Shown here piece after piece: positions 58,882 to 64,000 of a DNA stretch of 64,000 nucleotides (within the stretch, counting starts at the first letter, position 1; the number at the start of each line of letters is the position of its first letter). The position numbers and the translations under genes were made by a program. The notes beneath the pieces were generated by a model, which saw only the letters and a program-made list of their open reading frames with translations, searched no databases and was not told where the DNA came from. Source of the DNA: Candidatus Stahliibacteriota bacterium (GTDB lineage: Bacteria > Hydrothermota > Tepidihabitantia > B3-TA06); assembly GCA_004375895.1 (NCBI GenBank), contig SOJW01000011.1, forward strand, positions 637-64,636, in the 5' to 3' direction.

Positions 58882-59352
58882 TTGCAGGTTCTGGTGTTGT
58901 ATCACTCGAGAACGGGTAATACCAAGAAGCTGGCCGAGGCGATTGCCAAAGGAGTAGAGGAGGTCGAGGGTGTTGACGCCGTCCTTAAGTCTACCCAAGA
59001 GGTAACCAGGGAGGATTTCCTTGAATCTGACGGGGTAATCGCTGGTTCACCAGTTTACTTCGGAACCATGGCTGCCGAACTCAAAAAGGTGTTCGACGAT
59101 TTCGTGGGCATCCGCCGCCAGATGGAAGGGAAAATAGGCGCTGCGTTCGCCACCTCCGGCGGCAAGGAGACAACCATCATATCTATCATCCAGGCGATGC
59201 TGATCTACGGCATGATTATCGCAGGCGATCCAATGGATGCCACCGGTCACTACGGCACCTCGTGCAAGGGTGCCCCTGATGAGCTAACCCTTGCCAACGG
59301 TGTCAAACTGGGTAAAAGGGTTGCGATGCTTGCCAAGAAGCTGCGAGGATAA
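58882..59352 (+). CDS. Flavodoxin-like fold FMN protein (WrbA/NAD(P)H-quinone-reductase-like)
   Basis: VLVLYHSRTGNTKKLAEAI...GSPVYFG pattern. Confidence 0.8.
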   Translation: MQVLVLYHSRTGNTKKLAEAIAKGVEEVEGVDAVLKSTQEVTREDFLESDGVIAGSPVYFGTMAAELKKVFDDFVGIRRQMEGKIGAAFATSGGKETTIISIIQAMLIYGMIIAGDPMDATGHYGTSCKGAPDELTLANGVKLGKRVAMLAKKLRG

Positions 59353-59412
59353 ACGGATCGTCATCGTCTGTTCAAAAGTTGGTGTTGATTCGATCTCATA
59401 GCAGAAAGAAAA

Positions 59413-59449
59413 AATGTGGAACGGCCTCTCCAGGCCGTTTAATAATATT
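59413..59449 (+). repeat. R5 element copy (possible weak terminator)
   Basis: AATGTGGAACGGCCTCTCCAGGCCGTTTAATAATATT. Confidence 0.55.
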
Positions 59450-59551
59450 CGTTCGCGTCAGGTAATGGCTTGCAAATAGAGGGGATCACGATACCCTTAG
59501 GAATAATCGCTAACATTCGCAAGGAGGTCTCTTGGACGATAAACAAGCACT

Positions 59552-59591
59552 ACCCCAAGTAAACGCTTCGCGTTTCCTCGGGGACCCCGAT
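59552..59591 (+). repeat. R2 element copy
   Basis: ACCCCAAGT-AAACG-CTTCG-CGTTT-CCTCGGGGACCCCGAT. Confidence 0.6.
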
Positions 59592-59641
59592 CAATATAGA
59601 AGTAAGCAATTAAATAAAATCGTTTCTAAAGGGAGGGACGT

Positions 59642-60433
59642 TTGGATGATAGAGAGGTAGGAAGGTACTGGGAGGAGAACGCCGAGACCTGGACCAAGCT
59701 ATCACGCATGGGTATGGACGTAACCAGGGATAATCTAAACACACCCGCTCTTCTTTCAATTCTCCCCAACGTCAAAGGTCTAACCGGCCTGGATATCGGC
59801 TGCGGCGAAGGGCACAACACGAGGCTTCTGGCCAAGCAGGGTGCGAAGATGACGGCTATAGATATCTCCAAAACCTTTATTCGACATGCGAAGGAGAAAG
59901 AGGAGGAAGAATCCCTGGGTATCACCTACCAGGTGGCTAACGCAGTGCAGCTGCCCTTTGAAGATCAGCACTTCGACTTCGCCGCGGCATTCATGAGCCT
60001 TATGGATATGGCCGAACCCTGGCGCGCTATCAAAGAGGCATACCGGGTGCTCAAACCTGGCGGCTTCTTCCAGTTCTCCATCATCCACCCGTGTTTCACC
60101 AGCCCGCCCAGCAAGTGGGTTGAAGACCAAAAGGACAACCACATAGCCCGTCAGTGCTGGGACTACTTCAAGGAGGGGTTCGTGGAGATCGAGGAGTGGA
60201 TCTTTTTCTTAACACCACCTGAGCTGAAGAAAAAACTTAAAAAATTCCGCGTGCCCCGGTTCCACTTTACCTTTGCGAGCTGGCTGAATCATCTGATCAA
60301 TACCGGCTTTATCATCGAACGTCTCCACGAGCCGGTTGCGTCGGATGAGATGGTGAAGCGCTGCCCATTCCTTGCCGATACCAGGATTATTGCCCAGTAC
60401 CTCATCGTGCGCTGCCGCAAGCCTGAGGCTTAA
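59642..60433 (+). CDS. Class I SAM-dependent methyltransferase
   Basis: LDIGCGEGHNT motif I. TTG start after AGGGAGGG. Confidence 0.85.
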   Translation: MDDREVGRYWEENAETWTKLSRMGMDVTRDNLNTPALLSILPNVKGLTGLDIGCGEGHNTRLLAKQGAKMTAIDISKTFIRHAKEKEEEESLGITYQVANAVQLPFEDQHFDFAAAFMSLMDMAEPWRAIKEAYRVLKPGGFFQFSIIHPCFTSPPSKWVEDQKDNHIARQCWDYFKEGFVEIEEWIFFLTPPELKKKLKKFRVPRFHFTFASWLNHLINTGFIIERLHEPVASDEMVKRCPFLADTRIIAQYLIVRCRKPEA

Positions 60434-60547
60434 TTACTGCATTCTAGCGGCAATAGCATCATGGCAAGAAAAACCGGTTAGATCATGATGTTAACACTCA
60501 AGAACTATCTTGAGATTAACAGTTAAGCCCACTTATAGTTAAGCAAC

Positions 60548-60581
60548 TTGACAATTAGCGAAATTTACCTATAATCAGGGT
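60548..60581 (+). promoter_or_regulatory. Consensus promoter upstream of the epimerase/SDR gene
   Basis: TTGACA (60548-53), 16 nt, TATAAT (60570-75), 6 nt, ATG at 60582. Confidence 0.55.
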
Positions 60582-60638
60582 ATGAATCCCAGGCTGATCG
60601 TGACAAAAATGGGGAGAGGGAAGGTTATCCTTAATTAG
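60582..60638 (+). CDS. Candidate leaderless 18-codon upstream ORF (MNPRLIVTKMGRGKVILN)
   Basis: The ATG sits exactly where the transcription start is predicted. The stop lies 16 nt before the SD-led main ATG. There is no other support. Confidence 0.2.
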   Translation: MNPRLIVTKMGRGKVILN

Positions 60639-60654
60639 GGAAAGGAGTGAGAAT

Positions 60655-62439
60655 ATGAAGGTCTTACTGACAGGTGCCTTCGGCAATATAGGGTCAAATA
60701 CCCTTCGAGAGTTGATTAAACAGGGTCACCAGGTTACCTGTCTTGATCTCAAGAACAAGGCTACATTAAGGTCCGCCAAGAGATTCAAGGATAAGGTCAA
60801 ACTGCTGTGGGGCGACGTGCGCAACCGGGAGGATATTGCAGTTGCCCTCAAGGATCAAGATGTTGTCATTCACCTTGCGGCAATCATCCCACCACGCAGC
60901 GAGATGGAACCTCAACTGGCCGAGGATACTAACATCGGTGGAACCAGGAACCTTATTGAGGCACTCAAGGGCCTTGCCGATCCGCCCAGGCTGATATTTA
61001 CCTCCTCGGTTTCGGTCTTTGGAAGGAAGTTTAACGAGCCCCCTCCTCGACGCGTGGGTGAATCCTTGCAGCCCTCGGACAATTACAGCCGGCACAAGAT
61101 CATCTGCGAGGAGATGATTACCCAATCCGGGCTTGAATGGTCAATACTCAGATGTCCGGCCATGCCTTCATTGCAGGACATTGGGTTAGACCCCATCATG
61201 TTCAAGATCTCGCTAGATACACGCATCGAGTTCCTCGATCCACGCGACGCCGGCCTGGCACTGGCAAACGCGGCCTCGTCAGAGGAGGTCTGGGGTAAGA
61301 TTCTGCTTCTGGGCGGAGGTCCCGATTGCCAGTTTTCATACTGCGACTACGTAGGAAAGACCCTGGAAGCGGTCGGCATCGGCAGATTGCCATGCGAGGC
61401 GTTCGGTCCCGAACCGTTCTACACCGACTGGATGGATTCTGAAGAAACCCAGCGCATACTCCAATATCAGCGACACTCCCTTGACGACTACCTCGAGACG
61501 TTCAAGGCCAACCTTGGCTTCAAGCGCCACCTTATAAGCCTCCTTCGCCCCCTTGTCCGCCGGGCAATACTCAAACACTCGCCCTACCTTCCGCCCGGCA
61601 CCGAATGGGGCCGCAAGCGTCCCTCATACTGGCAGGATAAAGTGGCGCTCGTTACCGGCGCTTCCAGCGGCATAGGCGAATCAACCGCACGATGCCTGGC
61701 CGCCAAAGAACTCAAGGTCGCACTGGTGGCGCGCCGCAAACAAAGGCTCGAGGAAGTGGCAGATAAGATAGAGGCAGCCGGAGGAGAAGCGATGGTCATC
61801 GCCGCCGACCTGACCGATGAGTCCGACCGGCTCAGGGTCGTTGAAGAGGTGCGTGCCAAGTGGGGAAAGATAGACATACTCATAAACAACGCAGGATTCG
61901 CATGGTACGGCTACGGCGCCGACATGCCCTGGGACGTGGCCTCGAAGATGATCGAGCTCAACGTTCGCTCCCTCGTCCACCTTACGCTTCTCGTGATCCG
62001 CCGGATGCGTTCCTACAACTCGGGGCACATCATAAACGTGGGCTCGATTGCTGGCAGCTTCCCTCAGCAGGGTGTGATGCTTTACAGCGCAACCAAGTCT
62101 TTTATAGACAGCTTCACCACCTCGCTTTACCGGGAGATGCGGGGAACCAACGTTCACGTAAGCGTCATCAAGCCGGGTGCGGTGGCTACCGAGCTTTTCA
62201 GGGTCGCTGAGAGGCAGCCCGGGGGCTTCCGCGTTCCGGCAGAGAGCCTGGCGGTCAGTCCTGACAGCGTAGCGGTGCGCATCTGGGGTGTTTTGAACCG
62301 CCCGCGCAGGCTCGCGTATGTCCCCAGGTTCCTGTGGGTTGTGCCGTGGGTTGAGCTTGCCTTTGGCTGGTTTATAGACCTCCTCGGGCCGCTGCTCCTG
62401 CGCCGTCACCCGCACCCGGCAAAGCCCGCACTTAAATGA
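60655..62439 (+). CDS. Fusion of an NAD-dependent epimerase/dehydratase-like domain and a classical short-chain dehydrogenase
   Basis: N-terminus TGAFGNIGS. C-terminal half has TGASSGIG and YSATK (YxxxK). Confidence 0.8.
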   Translation: MKVLLTGAFGNIGSNTLRELIKQGHQVTCLDLKNKATLRSAKRFKDKVKLLWGDVRNREDIAVALKDQDVVIHLAAIIPPRSEMEPQLAEDTNIGGTRNLIEALKGLADPPRLIFTSSVSVFGRKFNEPPPRRVGESLQPSDNYSRHKIICEEMITQSGLEWSILRCPAMPSLQDIGLDPIMFKISLDTRIEFLDPRDAGLALANAASSEEVWGKILLLGGGPDCQFSYCDYVGKTLEAVGIGRLPCEAFGPEPFYTDWMDSEETQRILQYQRHSLDDYLETFKANLGFKRHLISLLRPLVRRAILKHSPYLPPGTEWGRKRPSYWQDKVALVTGASSGIGESTARCLAAKELKVALVARRKQRLEEVADKIEAAGGEAMVIAADLTDESDRLRVVEEVRAKWGKIDILINNAGFAWYGYGADMPWDVASKMIELNVRSLVHLTLLVIRRMRSYNSGHIINVGSIAGSFPQQGVMLYSATKSFIDSFTTSLYREMRGTNVHVSVIKPGAVATELFRVAERQPGGFRVPAESLAVSPDSVAVRIWGVLNRPRRLAYVPRFLWVVPWVELAFGWFIDLLGPLLLRRHPHPAKPALK

Positions 62440-62479
62440 TACCCCGCGAAGTTGCGAAGCAGATTCGTGGGGTGGTTAA

Positions 62480-62555
62480 TCGGGGAGGGGGGATTCGAAC
62501 CCCCGATCTCCTGCTCCCAAAGCAGGCGCGTTGAACCGGACTACGCTACTCCCCG
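62480..62555 (-). tRNA. tRNA-Pro (anticodon UGG)
   Basis: The reverse complement reads CGGGGAG...CCTGC-TTTGGGA-GCAGG...GGGGG-TTCGAAT-CCCCC-CTCCCCG-A. Confidence 0.9.
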
Positions 62556-62574
62556 GTGCCGGCGGGCACTTTTT
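62556..62574 (+). terminator. Intrinsic terminator on the plus strand, abutting the tRNA-Pro 5' end
   Basis: GTGCC-GGCG-GGCAC followed by TTTTT. It probably ends the epimerase/SDR transcript. Confidence 0.5.
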
Positions 62575-62642
62575 AACTCCAGTTCAGCTCCGCTGAACTG
62601 GGGAGGCAGTTGCTAGTAAATCAAGTTCTGCCCGTGGTTTCA

Positions 62643-62670
62643 ATTATAATCCTCTTTGTTTTTGAGTCAA
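62643..62670 (-). promoter_or_regulatory. Consensus promoter of tRNA-Pro(UGG) with a structured leader of about 80 nt
   Basis: On the minus strand: TTGACT, 16 nt, TATAAT. The leader contains a perfect 10-bp hairpin (62579-62601). Confidence 0.5.
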
Positions 62671-62676
62671 CGGAGA

Positions 62677-63264
62677 CTAACGGCTCTTCAGATACTCGGC
62701 CAGCTTGCCGATCGCTTTTGCCCGGTGGCTTATTCGATTCTTGATCACGAGCCCCAGCTCCGCATTGGTCTGCGAGAAACCCTTAGGTATAAATATGGGA
62801 TCGTAGCCGAACCCCTCGGTCCCCCTTGGCTCGAACCCGATCCAACCCTCAAGTACTCCCTCGAAGGTCTTCACCTCGTCCCCATCTATAAGAGCGATGG
62901 TAGCCCTGAACCTTGAGGTTCGTTCGTACAGCGGCACATCCTTAAGCTCTTTGAGCAACATCCTGCACTTTTCAGGATAAGAAGTTTTCTCTCCCCCGTA
63001 TCTTGCCGATAAGGGCCCTGGTCTTGTGTCCAAAGCATCCACCTCCAACCCTGAATCCTCGCCGCAGATAAGGCCATCAAACTGATCCCGGTAGGCTCTG
63101 GCTTTGGCAAGTGCGTTTTCTGCGTAGCTTGTGCCTTCTTTTACCTCTTTTGGGGGAAGAGAAAGCTCGTGTGGGGCCACAACATCTGCAACCCCACAGA
63201 GCACCTTCTTAAACTCTCGCAGCTTGCCCTCGTTGCCCGTTGCAACAAGCAGCTTACTGGGCAT
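62677..63264 (-). CDS. rdgB: Non-canonical purine NTP pyrophosphatase (RdgB/HAM1)
   Basis: LLVATGNEGKLREF...GFGYDPIF...SHR motifs. Start set at ATG 63264. Confidence 0.9.
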   Translation of the reverse strand: MPSKLLVATGNEGKLREFKKVLCGVADVVAPHELSLPPKEVKEGTSYAENALAKARAYRDQFDGLICGEDSGLEVDALDTRPGPLSARYGGEKTSYPEKCRMLLKELKDVPLYERTSRFRATIALIDGDEVKTFEGVLEGWIGFEPRGTEGFGYDPIFIPKGFSQTNAELGLVIKNRISHRAKAIGKLAEYLKSR

Positions 63265-63664
63265 TGACCTCCGTCTGGACGATCCAGGCGTCGCCGTAGC
63301 CAAGGTTCTTTGCCTTCTCGCGCAGGATCTCGACGTCGGAGCGGTTCTTGTAGTCGCCTACACGTACCTTGTAGTAGGGGACGTCGTATTCGACGTAGAC
63401 CCGCTCGGTGAACTTGAAACGCGCTTCGCTGGCGACCTTGTTGGCACCTTCGTTGGTGCTTGAGGCAAAGATCTGTACCCGGTAGCCGGGCACTGTAGCT
63501 GCACTCGGGGTAATCCCCTTAGTCGTGTCCCCGGGCTGCTCCATCTCGTAGAGGGAGTAGTCCTGACCAGGAGAGACCACCTTCGTGGTTTTACGCGGAG
63601 TACAGCCCACAAATCCTAACCCTAACACAACGGCCGCCAGAGCCACTGCAATCAAACGCTTCAT
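63254..63664 (-). CDS. SPOR-domain lipoprotein
   Basis: Start ATG 63664 after AGGAGG. Lipobox GFVGC. C-terminus YRVQIFAS...YKVRVGDY...A...LGY..AWIV. Confidence 0.75.
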   Translation of the reverse strand: MKRLIAVALAAVVLGLGFVGCTPRKTTKVVSPGQDYSLYEMEQPGDTTKGITPSAATVPGYRVQIFASSTNEGANKVASEARFKFTERVYVEYDVPYYKVRVGDYKNRSDVEILREKAKNLGYGDAWIVQTEVNAQ

Positions 63665-63675
63665 CTTTGCTCCTC

Positions 63676-64000
63676 CTAGGGTTTCAGCGGAGTCCGCCGT
63701 GCAAGGAGTTTCTTGACATCGGCGGCCCGATCCTTTGCACATACAAGCACTGTATCTTTAGCTTTCACAACTACAAGATCGCATACGCCCAACAGAGCTA
63801 CCTCGCCCTGGGGGGCATAGACGATACATCCTTCGCTTTCCAATACTATAAGTTTACCAATCCTAGTGTTTTTGTCAAGTCCTTGAGGTAGGTGACGTTC
63901 CAGAGCACTCCACGAGCCGACGTCGTCCCAGCGGAATCTTGCAGGCAAAACAGCCACGTTTTCGGCCTTTTCCATGACGGCATAATCAACAGACGTCGCC
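63676..64000 (-). CDS. Mannose-1-phosphate guanylyltransferase-like nucleotidyltransferase, N-terminus outside the window
   Basis: The frame is open to the window edge. It reads ...VDYAVMEKAENVAVLPARFRWDDVGSWSAL, typical of the ManC C-terminal half. Confidence 0.7.
   Translation of the reverse strand, partial: ATSVDYAVMEKAENVAVLPARFRWDDVGSWSALERHLPQGLDKNTRIGKLIVLESEGCIVYAPQGEVALLGVCDLVVVKAKDTVLVCAKDRAADVKKLLARRTPLKP

Noticed and set aside
62579-62601. Perfect 10-bp hairpin (CCAGTTCAGC-TCC-GCTGAACTGG) in the tRNA-Pro(UGG) leader as a riboswitch or ncRNA
   Set aside because: It is a single simple hairpin with no recognisable conserved motif. It is more simply a processing or stability structure of the precursor, or part of the plus-strand terminator region.

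Overview
64 kb from an uncultured bacterium, read by eye with no searches run. T9SS-type C-terminal sorting domains, DUF1573 and TPR/TlpA proteins suggest the FCB group. Sampled 60-nt lines of housekeeping genes are about 55-63% GC. The backbone is ordinary. It holds hypE, scpA, proS, the operon rimP-nusA-infB-DUF503-rbfA-nrnA-truB-ribF, purL/purQ, rocD, hpt, rdgB and three tRNAs: Leu-CAG, Pro-CGG and Pro-UGG. No rRNA, CRISPR array, transposase or integrase was recognised.

Observations worth a second look:
1. At least five families of short hairpin repeats with copy-specific complementary stems fill the intergenic regions. One family, R1 (AATGCTCCTTTTG-hairpin-CAAAAGATCGC), sits on or just after the stop codon or 3' end of a co-oriented gene, tRNA or gene relic in 7 of 8 copies.
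2. About 4.5 tandem ~105-bp units lie directly upstream of tRNA-Leu. Each unit starts with the first 10-13 nt of that tRNA.
3. A repeated promoter layout, TTGACA-N16/17-TAnnnT followed 5-8 nt later by ATG or GTG, implies leaderless mRNAs for about 10 genes.
4. A Lon-like protease gene is bracketed by 46-bp imperfect inverted repeats.
5. Three AT-rich islands look acquired: lipoprotein plus secreted HKD nuclease, XRE-ImmA plus DUF4411 PIN-like, and a GxxExxY cassette with terminal inverted repeats.
6. Recombination scars include an adh 3'-end relic, a VOC/T9SS-CTD mosaic and methyltransferase relics.
7. Unusual gene architectures include a PurS-PurS-PurL fusion, an epimerase-SDR fusion, and a lyase/hydratase trio resembling Dml/DmdAB.

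All coordinates and counts are manual and should be recomputed.
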